Source of the DNA: Lineus longissimus
Lineage: Eukaryota
Assembly: GCF_910592395.1 (NCBI RefSeq)
Contig: NC_088308.1
Location: forward strand, 1,736,001-1,800,000
Reading direction: 5' to 3'
DNA length: 64,000 nucleotides
Positions 15,101 to 30,100 of this stretch are shown here, piece by piece. The position numbers and the translations under genes are program-made. The notes beneath the pieces were generated by a model, which was given only the letters and a program-made list of their open reading frames with translations, was not told where the DNA came from and ran no database searches. The stretch's first letter is position 1. Each line of letters starts with the position of its first letter.

Positions 15101-18100
15101 CTCTTGACTTTTCGAAATAAAGAATTGATAATGCGGGTGAGGTAACAACAAGAGCATGTTTGGTTTCCTAAAAGGGTACTACAGCACCTAAAGACCCTTT
15201 GGCCTAAACAGTTAGCTACATTTACTTTGCCAGTAGAAAAAAAGAAGTCTTGCTGACTGAACAAGCTCGACCTTATTTTCTGATTGTCTTTCACTTTGTA
15301 GTCTACAAATGCCCATCTGGTTATAAAAAAGTTCGGACTGGCATATTGAGACGGAGGACAGTCTGCAGGAAAAAAGGTGCGTTTGATTTTATTTTTTCTC
15401 TTCGACGTATTTCGCAAGCTTCTTAGATTTACTTTACCTCCATTTTCATTTAGGAATGTTCAGAGAGGACTAAGGGCCGGGCCATGTCCACAGCCACTGT
15501 TATATTTCGTCTTTCCACTGCTGCTGTGTATCACCCACACATGTTATTATAGTCTCAAGATTCTAGGATACAGTCGCAAGAAAATGTTATCTGTCGTGCT
15601 GAGAAGATAGTGAAAGAGAATTACAAGTTACTACCAGTTATCAAAGAATATCTGACCGAGTCGATCACTATCGACATTGTTGTCAGAGTAAAGAGAAAGA
15701 TTTAACTCAACATGCTTCTAGATATTTTTATGTCAATATTTCAGCATGTGGTGTAGGCTACAGATGGAAAAAGGGAAAATGCCGCTGTAAGTTGTGTACT
15801 AACCTAGAAATCAAACACCTCAGATCCAAAATAAAACCTAACTGGTAATGCAGCCACCTGGCCCAAACTCTTGACTTTTCGAAATAAAGAATTGATAATG
15901 CGGGTGAGGTAACAACAAGAGCATGTTTGGTTTCCTAAAAGGGTACTACAGCACCTAAAGACCCTTTGGCCTAAACAGTTAGCTACATTTACTTTGCCAG
16001 TAGAAAAAAAGAAGTCTTGCTGACTGAACAAGCTCGACCTTATTTTCTGATTGTCTTTCACTTTGTAGTCTACAAATGCCCATCTGGTTATAAAAAAGTT
16101 CGTACTGGCATATTGAAACGGAGGACAGTCTGCAGGAAAAAAGGTGCGTTTGATTTTATTTTTTCTCTTCGACGTATTTCGCAAACTTCTTAGATTTACT
16201 TTACCTCCATTTTCATTTAGGAATGTTCAGAGAGGACTAAGGGCCGGGCCATGTCCACAGCCACTGTTATATTTCGTCTTTCCACTGCTGCTGTGTATCA
16301 CCCACACATGTTATTATAGTCTCAAGATTCTAGGATACAGTCGCAAGAAAATGTTATCTGTCGTGCTGAGAAGATAGTGAAAGGGAATTACAAGTTACTA
16401 CCAGTTATCAAAGAATATCTGACCGAGTCGATCACTATCGACATTGTTGTCAGAGTAAAGAGAAAGATTTAACTCAACATGCTTCTAGATATTTTTATGT
16501 CAATATTTCAGCATGTGGTGTAGGCTACAGATGGAAAAAGGGAAAATGCCGCTGTAAGTTGTGTACTAACCTAGAAATCAAACACCTCAGATCCAAAAAA
16601 AAACTAACTGGTAATGCAGCCACCTGGCCCAAACTCTTGACTTTTCGAAATAAAGAATTGATAATGCGGGTGAGGTAACAACAAGAGCATGTTTGGTTTC
16701 CTAAAAGGGTACTACAGCACCTAAAGACCCTTTGGCCTAAACAGTTAGCTACATTTACTTTGCCAGTAGAAAAAAAGAAGTCTTGCTGACTGAAAAAGCT
16801 CGACCTTATTTTCTGATTGTCTTTCACTTTGTAGTCTACAAATGCCCATCTGGTTATAAAAAAGTTCGGACTGGCATATTGAGACGGAGGACAGTCTGCA
16901 GGAAAAAAGGTGCGTTTGATTTTATTTTTTCTCTTCGACGTATTTCGCAAGCTTCTTAGATTTACTTTACCTCCATTTTCATTTAGGAATGTTCAGAGAG
17001 GACTAAGGGCCGGGCCATGTCCACAGCCACTGTTATATTTCGTCTTTCCACTGCTGCTGTGTATCACCCACACATGTTATTATAGTCTCAAGATTCTAGG
17101 ATACAGTCGCAAGAAAATGTTATCTGTCGTGCTGAGAAGATAGTGAAAGAGAATTACAAGTTACTACCAGTTATCAAAGAATATCTGACCGAGTCGATCA
17201 CTATCGACATTGTTGTCAGAGTAAAGAGAAAGATTTAACTCAACATGCTTCTAGATATTTTTATGTCAATATTTCAGCATGTGGTGTAGGCTACAGATGG
17301 AAAAAGGGAAAATGCCGCTGTAAGTTGTGTACTAACCTAGAAATCAAACACCTCAGATCCAAAAAAAACCTAACTGGTAATGCAGCCACCTGGCCCAAAC
17401 TCTTGACTTTTCGAAATAAAGAATTGATAATGCGGGTGAGGTAACAACAAGAGCATGTTTGGTTTCCTAAAAGGGTACTACAGCACCTAAAGACCCTTTG
17501 GCCTAAACAGTTAGCTACATTTACTTTGCCAGTAGAAAAAAAGAAGTCTTGCTGACTGAACAAGCTCGACCTTATTTTCTGATTGTCTTTCACTTTGTAG
17601 TCTACAAATGCCCATCTGGTTATAAAAAAGTTCGGACTGGCATATTGAGACGGAGGACAGTCTGCAGGAAAAAAGGTGCGTTTGATTTTATTTTTTCTCT
17701 TCGACGTATTTCGCAAGCTTCTTAGATTTACTTTACCTCCATTTTCATTTAGGAATGTTCAGAGAGGGCTAAGGGCCGGGCCATGTCCACAGCCACTGTT
17801 ATATTTCGTCTTTCCACTGCTGCTGTGTATCACCCACACATGTTATTATAGTCTCAAGATTCTAGGATACAGTCGCAAGAAAATGTTATCTGTCGTGCTG
17901 AGAAGATAGTGAAAGAGAATTACAAGTTACTACCAGTTATCAAAGAATATCTGACCGAGTCGATCACTATCGACATTGTTGTCAGAGTAAAGAGAAAGAT
18001 TTAACTCAACATGCTTCTAGATATTTTTATGTCAATATTTCAGCATGTGGTGTAGGCTACAGATGGAAAAAGGGAAAATGCCGCTGTAAGTTGTGTACTA

Positions 18101-21100
18101 ACCTAGAAATCAAACACCTCAGATCCAAAAAAAACCTAACTGGTAATGCAGCCACCTGGCCCAAACTCTTGACTTTTCGAAATAAAGAATTGATAATGCG
18201 GGTGAGGTAACAACAAGAGCATGTTTGGTTTCCTAAAAGGGTACTACAGCACCTAAAGACCCTTTGGCCTAAACAGTTAGCTACATTTACTTTGCCAGTA
18301 GAAAAAAAGAAGTCTTGCTGACTGAAAAAGCTCGACCTTATTTTCTGATTGTCTTTCACTTTGTAGTCTACAAATGCCCATCTGGTTATAAAAAAGTTCG
18401 GACTGGCATATTGAGACGGAGGACAGTCTGCAGGAAAAAAGGTGCGTTTGATTTTATTTTTTCTCTTCGACGTATTTCGCAAGCTTCTTAGATTTACTTT
18501 ACCTCCATTTTCATTTAGGAATGTTCAGAGAGGACTAAGGGCCGGGCCATGTCCACAGCCACTGTTATATTTCGTCTTTCCACTGCTGCTGTGTATCACC
18601 CACACATGTTATTATAGTCTCAAGATTCTAGGATACAGTCGCAAGAAAATGTTATCTGTCGTGCTGAGAAGATAGTGAAAGAGAATTACAAGTTACTACC
18701 AGTTATCAAAGAATATCTGACCGAGTCGATCACTATCGACATTGTTGTCAGAGTAAAGAGAAAGATTTAACTCAACATGCTTCTAGATATTTTTATGTCA
18801 ATATTTCAGCATGTGGTGTAGGCTACAGATGGAAAAAGGGAAAATGCCGCTGTAAGTTGTGTACTAACCTAGAAATCAAACACCTCAGATCCAAAAAAAA
18901 CCTAACTGGTAATGCAGCCACCTGGCCCAAACTCTTGACTTTTCGAAATAAAGAATTGATAATGCGGGTGAGGTAACAACAAGAGCATGTTTGGTTTCCT
19001 AAAAGGGTACTACAGCACCTAAAGACCCTTTGGCCTAAACAGTTAGCTACATTTACTTTGCCAGTAGAAAAAAAGAAGTCTTGCTGACTGAACAAGCTCG
19101 ACCTTATTTTCTGATTGTCTTTCACTTTGTAGTCTACAAATGCCCATCTGGTTATAAAAAAGTTCGGACTGGCATATTGAGACGGAGGACAGTCTGCAGG
19201 AAAAAAGGTGCGTTTGATTTTATTTTTTCTCTTCGACGTATTTCGCAAGCTTCTTAGATTTACTTTACCTCCATTTTCATTTAGGAATGTTCAGAGAGGA
19301 CTAAGGGCCGGGCCATGTCCACAGCCACTGTTATATTTCGTCTTTCCACTGCTGCTGTGTATCACCCACACATGTTATTATAGTCTCAAGATTCTAGGAT
19401 ACAGTAGCAAGAAAATGTTATCTGTCGTGCTGAGAAGATAGTGAAAGAGAATTACAAGTTACTACCAGTTATCAAAGAATATCTGACCGAGTCGATCTCT
19501 ATCGACATTGTTGTCAGAGTAAAGAGAAAGATTTAACTCAACATGCTTCTAGATATTTTTATGTCAATATTTCAGCATGTGGTGTAGGCTACAGATGGAA
19601 AAAGGGAAAATGCCGCTGTAAGTTGTGTACTAACCTAGAAATCAAACACCTCAGATCCAAAAAAAACCTAACTGGTAATGCAGCCACCTGGCCCAAACTC
19701 TTGACTTTTCGAAATAAAGAATTGATAATGCGGGTGAGGTAACAACAAGAGCATGTTTGGTTTCCTAAAAGGGTACTACAGCACCTAAAGACCCTTTGGC
19801 CTAAACAGTTAGCTACATTTACTTTGCCAGTAGAAAAAAAGAAGTCTTGCTGACTGAACAAGCTCGACCTTATTTTCTGATTGTCTTTCACTTTGTAGTC
19901 TACAAATGCCCATCTGGTTATAAAAAAGTTCGGACTGGCATATTGAGACGGAGGACAGTCTGCAGGAAAAAAGGTGCGTTTGATTTTATTTTTTCTCTTC
20001 GACGTATTTCGCAAGCTTCTTAGATTTACTTTACCTCCATTTTCATTTAGGAATGTTCAGAGAGGACTAAGGGCCGGGCCATGTCCACAGCCACTGTTAT
20101 ATTTCGTCTTTCCACTGCTGCTGTGTATCACCCACACATGTTATTATAGTCTCAAGATTCTAGGATACAGTCGCAAGAAAATGTTATCTGTCGTGCTGAG
20201 AAGATAGTGAAAGAGAATTACAAGTTACTACCAGTTATCAAAGAATATCTGACCGAGTCGATCACTATCGACATTGTTGTCAGAGTAAAGAGAAAGATTT
20301 AACTCAACATGCTTCTAGATATTTTTATGTCAATATTTCAGCATGTGGTGTAGGCTACAGATGGAAAAAGGGAAAATGCCGCTGTAAGTTGTGTACTAAC
20401 CTAGAAATCAAACACCTCAGATCCAAAAAAAACCTAACTGGTAATGCAGCCACCTGGCCCAAACTCTTGACTTTTCGAAATAAAGAATTGATAATGCGGG
20501 TGAGGTAACAACAAGAGCATGTTTGGTTTCCTAAAAGGGTACTACAGCACCTAAAGACCCTTTGGCCTAAACAGTTAGCTACATTTACTTTGCCAGTAGA
20601 AAAAAAGAAGTCTTGCTAACTGAACAAGCTCGACCTTATTTTCTGATTGTCTTTCACTTTGTAGTCTACAAATGCCCATCTGGTTATAAAAAAGTTCGGA
20701 CTGGCATATTGAGACGGAGGACAGTCTGCAGGAAAAAAGGTGCGTTTGATTTTATTTTTTCTCTTCGACGTATTTCGCAAGCTTCTTAGATTTACTTTAC
20801 CTCCATTTTCATTTAGGAATGTTCAGAGAGGACTAAGGGCCGGGCCATGTCCACAGCCACTGTTATATTTCGTCTTTCCACTGCTGCTGTGTATCACCGA
20901 CACATGTTATTATAGTCTCAAGATTCTAGGATACAGTCGCAAGAAAATGTTATCTGTCGTGCTGAGAAGATAGTGAAAGAGAATTACAAGTTACTACCAG
21001 TTATCAAAGAATATCTGACCGAGTCGATCACTATCGACATTGTTGTCAGAGTAAAGAGAAAGATTTAACTCAACATGCTTCTAGATATTTTTATGTCAAT

Positions 21101-24100
21101 ATTTCAGCATGTGGTGTAGGCTACAGATGGAAAAAGGGAAAATGCCGCTGTAAGTTGTGTACTAACCTAGAAATCAAACACCTCAGATCCAAAAAAAACC
21201 TAACTGGTAATGCAGCCACCTGGCCCAAACTCTTGACTTTTCGAAATAAAGAATTGATAATGCGGGTGAGGTAACAACAAGAGCATGTTTGGTTTCCTAA
21301 AAGGGTACTACAGCACCTAAAGACCCTTTGGCCTAAACAGTTAGCTACATTTACTTTGCCAGTAGAAAAAAAGAAGTCTTGCTGACTGAACAAGCTCGAC
21401 CTTATTTTCTGATTGTCTTTCACTTTGTAGTCTACAAATGCCCATCTGGTTATAAAAAAGTTCGGACTGGCATATTGAGACGGAGGACAGTCTGCAGGAA
21501 AAAAGGTGCGTTTGATTTTATTTTTTCTCTTCGACGTATTTCGCAAGCTTCTTAGATTTACTTTACCTCCATTTTCATTTAGGAATGTTCAGAGAGGACT
21601 AAGGGCCGGGCCATGTCCACAGCCACTGTTATATTTCGTCTTTCCACTGCTGCTGTGTATCACCCACACATGTTATTATAGTCTCAAGATTCTAGGATAC
21701 AGTCGCAAGAAAATGTTATCTGTCGTGCTGAGAAGATAGTGAAAGAGAATTACAAGTTACTACCAGTTATCAAAGAATATCTGACCGAGTCGATCACTAT
21801 CGACATTGTTGTCAGAGTAAAGAGAAAGATTTAACTCAACATGCTTCTAGATATTTTTATGTCAATATTTCAGCATGTGGTGTAGGCTACAGATGGAAAA
21901 AGGGAAAATGCCGCTGTAAGTTGTGTACTAACCTAGAAATCAAACACCTCAGATCCAAAAAAAACCTAACTGGTAATGCAGCCACCTGGCCCAAACTCTT
22001 GACTTTTCGAAATAAAGAATTGATAATGCGGGTGAGGTAACAACAAGAGCATGTTTGGTTTCCTAAAAGGGTACTACAGCACCTAAAGACCCTTTGGCCT
22101 AAACAGTTAGCTACATTTACTTTGCCAGTAGAAAAAAAGAAGTCTTGCTGACTGAAAAAGCTCGACCTTATTTTCTGATTGTCTTTCACTTTGTAGTCTA
22201 CAAATGCCCATCTGGTTATAAAAAAGTTCGGACTGGCATATTGAGACGGAGGACAGTCTGCAGGAAAAAAGGTGCGTTTGATTTTATTTTTTCTCTTCGA
22301 CGTATTTCGCAAGCTTCTTAGATTTACTTTACCTCCATTTTCATTTAGGAATGTTCAGAGAGGACTAAGGGCCGGGCCATGTCCACAGCCACTGTTATAT
22401 TTCGTCTTTCCACTGCTGCTGTGTATCACCCACACATGTTATTATAGTCTCAAGATTCTAGGATACAGTCGCAAGAAAATGTTATCTGTCGTGCTGAGAA
22501 GATAGTGAAAGAGAATTACAAGTTACTACCAGTTATCAAAGAATATCTGACCGAGTCGATCACTATCGACATTGTTGTCAGAGTAAAGAGAAAGATTTAA
22601 CTCAACATGCTTCTAGATATTTTTATGTCAATATTTCAGCATGTGGTGTAGGCTACAGATGGAAAAAGGGAAAATGCCGCTGTAAGTTGTGTACTAACCT
22701 AGAAATCAAACACCTCAGATCCAAAAAAAACCTAACTGGTAATGCAGCCACCTGGCCCAAACTCTTGACTTTTCGAAATAAAGAATTGATAATGCGGGTG
22801 AGGTAACAACAAGAGCATGTTTGGTTTCCTAAAAGGGTACTACAGCACCTAAAGACCCTTTGGCCTAAACAGTTAGCTACATTTACTTTGCCAGTAGAAA
22901 AAAAGGAGTCTTGCTGACTGAACAAGCTCGACCTTATTTTCTGATTGTCTTTCACTTTGTAGTCTACAAATGCCCATCTGGTTATAAAAAAGTTCGGACT
23001 GGCATATTGAGACGGAGGACAGTCTGCAGGAAAAAAGGTGCGTTTGATTTTATTTTTTCTCTTCGACGTATTTCGCAAGCTTCTTAGATTTACTTTACCT
23101 CCATTTTCATTTAGGAATGTTCAGAGAGGACTAAGGGCCGGGCCATGTCCACAGCCACTGTTATATTTCGTCTTTCCACTGCTGCTGTGTATCACCCACA
23201 CATGTTATTATAGTCTCAAGATTCTAGGATACAGTCGCAAGAAAATGTTATCTGTCGTGCTGAGAAGATAGTGAAAGAGAATTACAAGTTACTACCAGTT
23301 ATCAAAGAATATCTGACCGAGTCGATCACTATCGACATTGTTGTCAGAGTAAAGAGAAAGATTTAACTCAACATGCTTCTAGATATTTTTATGTCAATAT
23401 TTCAGCATGTGGTGTAGGCTACAGATGGAAAAAGGGAAAATGCCGCTGTAAGTTGTGTACTAACCTAGAAATCAAACACCTCAGATCCAAAAAAAACCTA
23501 ACTGGTAATGCAGCCACCTGGCCCAAACTCTTGACTTTTCGAAATAAAGAATTGATAATGCGGGTGAGGTAACAACAAGAGCATGTTTGGTTTCCTAAAA
23601 GGGTACTACAGCACCTAAAGACCCTTTGGCCTAAACAGTTAGCTACATTTACTTTGCCAGTAGAAAAAAAGAAGTCTTGCTGACTGAACAAGCTCGACCT
23701 TATTTTCTGATTGTCTTTCACTTTGTAGTCTACAAATGCCCATCTGGTTATAAAAAAGTTCGGACTGGCATATTGAGACGGAGGACAGTCTGCAGGAAAA
23801 AAGGTGCGTTTGATTTTATTTTTTCTCTTCGACGTATTTCGCAAGCTTCTTAGATTTACTTTACCTCCATTTTCATTTAGGAATGTTCAGAGAGGACTAA
23901 GGGCCGGGCCATGTCCACAGCCACTGTTATATTTCGTCTTTCCACTGCTGCTGTGTATCACCCACACATGTTATTATAGTCTCAAGATTCTAGGATACAG
24001 TCGCAAGAAAATGTTATCTGTCGTGCTGAGAAGATAGTGAAAGAGAATTACAAGTTACTACCAGTTATCAAAGAATATCTGACCGAGTCGATCACTATCG

Positions 24101-27100
24101 ACATTGTTGTCAGAGTAAAGAGAAAGATTTAACTCAACATGCTTCTAGATATTTTTATGTCAATATTTCAGCATGTGGTGTAGGCTACAGATGGAAAAAG
24201 GGAAAATGCCGCTGTAAGTTGTGTACTAACCTAGAAATCAAACACCTCAGATCCAAAAAAAACCTAACTGGTAATGCAGCCACCTGGCCCAAACTCTTGA
24301 CTTTTCGAAATAAAGAATTGATAATGCGGGTGAGGTAACAACAAGAGCATGTTTGGTTTCCTAAAAGGGTACTACAGCACCTAAAGACCCTTTGGCCTAA
24401 ACAGTTAGCTACATTTACTTTGCCAGTAGAAAAAAAGAAGTCTTGCTGACTGAACAAGCTCGACCTTATTTTCTGATTGTCTTTCACTTTGTAGTCTACA
24501 AATGCCCATCTGGTTATAAAAAAGTTCGGACTGGCATATTGAGACGGAGGACAGTCTGCAGGAAAAAAGGTGCGTTTGATTTTATTTTTTCTCTTCGACG
24601 TATTTCGCAAGCTTCTTAGATTTACTTTACCTCCATTTTCATTTAGGAATGTTCAGAGAGGACTAAGGGCCGGGCCATGTCCACAGCCACTGTTATATTT
24701 CGTCTTTCCACTGCTGCTTTGTATCACCCACACATGTTATTATAGTCTCAAGATTCTAGGATACAGTCGCAAGAAAATGTTATCTGTCGTGCTGAGAAGA
24801 TAGTGAAAGAGAATTACAAGTTACTACCAGTTATCAAAGAATATCTGACCGAGTCGATCACTATCGACATTGTTGTCAGAGTAAAGAGAAAGATTTAACT
24901 CAACATGCTTCTAGATATTTTTATGTCAATATTTCAGCATGTGGTGTAGGCTACAGATGGAAAAAGGGAAAATGCCGCTGTAAGTTGTGTACTAACCTAG
25001 AAATCAAACACCTCAGATCCAAAAAAAACCTAACTGGTAATGCAGCCACCTGGCCCAAACTCTTGACTTTTCGAAATAAAGAATTGATAATGCGGGTGAG
25101 GTAACAACAAGAGCATGTTTGGTTTCCTAAAAGGGTACTACAGCACCTAAAGACCCTTTGGCCTAAACAGTTAGCTACATTTACTTTGCCAGTAGAAAAA
25201 AAGAAGTCTTGCTGACTGAACAAGCTCGACCTTATTTTCTGATTGTCTTTCACTTTGTAGTCTACAAATGCCCATCTGGTTATAAAAAAGTTCGGACTGG
25301 CATATTGAGACGGAGGACAGTCTGCAGAAAAAAAAAAGGTGCGTTTGATTTTATTTTTTCTCTTCGACGTATTTCGCAAGCTTCTTAGATTTACTTTACC
25401 TCCATTTTCATTTAGGAATGTTCAGAGAGGACTAAGGGCCGGGCCATGTCCACAGCCACTGTTATATTTCGTCTTTCCACTGCTGCTGTGTATCACCCAC
25501 ACATGTTATTATAGTCTCAAGATTCTAGGATACAGTCGCAAGAAAATGTTATCTGTCGTGCTGAGAAGATAGTGAAAGAGAATTACAAGTTACTACCAGT
25601 TATCAAAGAATATCTGACCGAGTCGATCACTATCGACATTGTTGTCAGAGTAAAGAGAAAGATTTAACTCAACATGCTTCTAGATATTTTTATGTCAATA
25701 TTTCAGCATGTGGTGTAGGCTACAGATGGAAAAAGGGAAAATGCCGCTGTAAGTTGTGTACTAACCTAGAAATCAAACACCTCAGATCCAAAAAAAACCT
25801 AACTGGTAATGCAGCCACCTGGCCCAAACTCTTGACTTTTCGAAATAAAGAATTGATAATGCGGGTGAGGTAACAACAAGAGCATGTTTGGTTTCCTAAA
25901 AGGGTACTACAGCACCTAAAGACCCTTTGGCCTAAACAGTTAGCTACATTTACTTTGCCAGTAGAAAAAAAGAAGTCTTGCTGACTGAACAAGCTCGACC
26001 TTATTTTCTGATTGTCTTTCACTTTGTAGTCTACAAATGCCCATCTGGTTATAAAAAAGTTCGGACTGGCATATTGAGACGGAGGACAGTCTGCAGGAAA
26101 AAAGGTGCGTTTGATTTTATTTTTTCTCTTCGACGTATTTCGCAAGCTTCTTAGATTTACTTTACCTCCATTTTCATTTAGGAATGTTCAGAGAGGACTA
26201 AGGGCCGGGCCATGTCCACAGCCACTGTTATATTTCGTCTTTCCACTGCTGCTGTGTATCACCCACACATGTTATTATAGTCTCAAGATTCTAGGATACA
26301 GTCGCAAGAAAATGTTATCTGTCGTGCTGAGAAGATAGTGAAAGAGAATTACAAGTTACTACCAGTTATCAAAGAATATCTGACCGAGTCGATCACTATC
26401 GACATTGTTGTCAGAGTAAAGAGAAAGATTTAACTCAACATGCTTCTAGATATTTTTATGTCAATATTTCAGCATGTGGTGTAGGCTACAGATGGAAAAA
26501 GGGAAAATGCCGCTGTAAGTTGTGTACTAACCTAGAAATCAAACACCTCAGATCCAAAAAAAACCTAACTGGTAATGCAGCCACCTGGCCCAAACTCTTG
26601 ACTTTTCGAAATAAAGAATTGATAATGCGGGTGAGGTAACAACAAGAGCATGTTTGGTTTCCTAAAAGGGTACTACAGCACCTAAAGACCCTTTGGCCTA
26701 AACAGTTAGCTACATTTACTTTGCCAGTAGAAAAAAAGAAGTCTTGCTGACTGAACAAGCTCGACCTTATTTTCTGATTGTCTTTCACTTTGTAGTCTAC
26801 AAATGCCCATCTGGTTATAAAAAAGTTCGGACTGGCATATTGAGACGGAGGACAGTCTGCAGGAAAAAAGGTGCGTTTGATTTTATTTTTTCTCTTCGAC
26901 GTATTTCGCAAGCTTCTTAGATTTACTTTACCTCCATTTTCATTTAGGAATGTTCAGAGAGGACTAAGGGCCGGGCCATGTCCACAGCCACTGTTATATT
27001 TCGTCTTTCCACTGCTGCTGTGTATCACCCACACATGTTATTATAGTCTCAAGATTCTAGGATACAGTCGCAAGAAAATGTTATCTGTCGTGCTGAGAAG

Positions 27101-30100
27101 ATAGTGAAAGAGAATTACAAGTTACTACCAGTTATCAAAGAATATCTGACCGAGTCGATCACTATCGACATTGTTGTCAGAGTAAAGAGAAAGATTTAAC
27201 TCAACATGCTTCTAGATATTTTTATGTCAATATTTCAGCATGTGGTGTAGGCTACAGATGGAAAAAGGGAAAATGCCGCTGTAAGTTGTGTACTAACCTA
27301 GAAATCAAACACCTCAGATCCAAAAAAAACCTAACTGGTAATGCAGCCACCTGGCCCAAACTCTTGACTTTTCGAAATAAAGAATTGATAATGCGGGTGA
27401 GGTAACAACAAGAGCATGTTTGGTTTCCTAAAAGGGTACTACAGCACCTAAAGACCCTTTGGCCTAAACAGTTAGCTACATTTACTTTGCCAGTAGAAAA
27501 AAAGAAGTCTTGCTGACTGAACAAGCTCGACCTTATTTTCTGATTGTCTTTCACTTTGTAGTCTACAAATGCCCATCTGGTTATAAAAAAGTTCGGACTG
27601 GCATATTGAGACGGAGGACAGTCTGCAGAAAAAAAAAAGGTGCGTTTGATTTTATTTTTTCTCTTCGACGTATTTCGCAAGCTTCTTAGATTTACTTTAC
27701 CTCCATTTTCATTTAGGAATGTTCAGAGAGGACTAAGGGCCGGGCCATGTCCACAGCCACTGTTATATTTCGTCTTTCCACTGCTGCTGTGTATCACCCA
27801 CACATGTTATTATAGTCTCAAGATTCTAGGATACAGTCGCAAGAAAATGTTATCTGTCGTGCTGAGAAGATAGTGAAAGAGAATTACAAGTTACTACCAG
27901 TTATCAAAGAATATCTGACCGAGTCGATCACTATCGACATTGTTGTCAGAGTAAAGAGAAAGATTTAACTCAACATGCTTCTAGATATTTTTATGTCAAT
28001 ATTTCAGCATGTGGTGTAGGCTACAGATGGAAAAAGGGAAAATGCCGCTGTAAGTTGTGTACTAACCTAGAAATCAAACACCTCAGATCCAAAAAAAACC
28101 TAACTGGTAATGCAGCCACCTGGCCCAAACTCTTGACTTTTCGAAATAAAGAATTGATAATGCGGGTGAGGTAACAACAAGAGCATGTTTGGTTTCCTAA
28201 AAGGGTACTACAGCACCTAAAGACCCTTTGGCCTAAACAGTTAGCTACATTTACTTTGCCAGTAGAAAAAAAGAAGTCTTGCTGACTGAACAAGCTCGAC
28301 CTTATTTTCTGATTGTCTTTCACTTTGTAGTCTACAAATGCCCATCTGGTTATAAAAAAGTTCGGACTGGCATATTGAGACGGAGGACAGTCTGCAGGAA
28401 AAAAGGTGCGTTTGATTTTATTTTTTCTCTTCGACGTATTTCGCAAGCTTCTTAGATTTACTTTACCTCCATTTTCATTTAGGAATGTTCAGAGAGGACT
28501 AAGGGCCGGGCCATGTCCACAGCCACTGTTATATTTCGTCTTTCCACTGCTGCTGTGTATCACCCACACATGTTATTATAGTCTCAAGATTCTAGGATAC
28601 AGTCGCAAGAAAATGTTATCTGTCGTGCTGAGAAGATAGTGAAAGAGAATTACAAGTTACTACCAGTTATCAAAGAATATCTGACCGAGTCGATCACTAT
28701 CGACATTGTTGTCAGAGTAAAGAGAAAGATTTAACTCAACATGCTTCTAGATATTTTTATGTCAATATTTCAGCATGTGGTGTAGGCTACAGATGGAAAA
28801 AGGGAAAATGCCGCTGTAAGTTGTGTACTAACCTAGAAATCAAACACCTCAGATCCAAAAAAAACCTAACTGGTAATGCAGCCACCTGGCCCAAACTCTT
28901 GACTTTTCGAAATAAAGAATTGATAATGCGGGTGAGGTAACAACAAGAGCATGTTTGGTTTCCTAAAAGGGTACTACAGCACCTAAAGACCCTTTGGCCT
29001 AAACAGTTAGCTACATTTACTTTGCCAGTAGAAAAAAAGAAGTCTTGCTGACTGAACAAGCTCGACCTTATTTTCTGATTGTCTTTCACTTTGTAGTCTA
29101 CAAATGCCCATCTGGTTATAAAAAAGTTCGGACTGGCATATTGAGACGGAGGACAGTCTGCAGGAAAAAAGGTGCGTTTGATTTTATTTTTTCTCTTCGA
29201 CGTATTTCGCAAGCTTCTTAGATTTACTTTACCTCCATTTTCATTTAGGAATGTTCAGAGAGGACTAAGGGCCGGGCCATGTCCACAGCCACTGTTATAT
29301 TTCGTCTTTCCACTGCTGCTGTGTATCACCCACACATGTTATTATAGTCTCAAGATTCTAGGATACAGTCGCAAGAAAATGTTATCTGTCGTGCTGAGAA
29401 GATAGTGAAAGAGAATTACAAGTTACTACCAGTTATCAAAGAATATCTGACCGAGTCGATCACTATCGACATTGTTGTCAGAGTAAAGAGAAAGATTTAA
29501 CTCAACATGCTTCTAGATATTTTTATGTCAATATTTCAGCATGTGGTGTAGGCTACAGATGGAAAAAGGGAAAATGCCGCTGTAAGTTGTGTACTAACCT
29601 AGAAATCAAACACCTCAGATCCAAAAAAAACCTAACTGGTAATGCAGCCACCTGGCCCAAACTCTTGACTTTTCGAAATAAAGAATTGATAATGCGGGTG
29701 AGGTAACAACAAGAGCATGTTTGGTTTCCTAAAAGGGTACTACAGCACCTAAAGACCCTTTGGCCTAAACAGTTAGCTACATTTACTTTGCCAGTAGAAA
29801 AAAAGAAGTCTTGCTGACTGAACAAGCTCGACCTTATTTTCTGATTGTCTTTCACTTTGTAGTCTACAAATGCCCATCTGGTTATAAAAAAGTTCGGACT
29901 GGCATATTGAGACGGAGGACAGTCTGCAGAAAAAAAAAAGGTGCGTTTGATTTTATTTTTTCTCTTCGACGTATTTCGCAAGCTTCTTAGATTTACTTTA
30001 CCTCCATTTTCATTTAGGAATGTTCAGAGAGGACTAAGGGCCGGGCCATGTCCACAGCCACTGTTATATTTCGTCTTTCCACTGCTGCTGTGTATCACCC

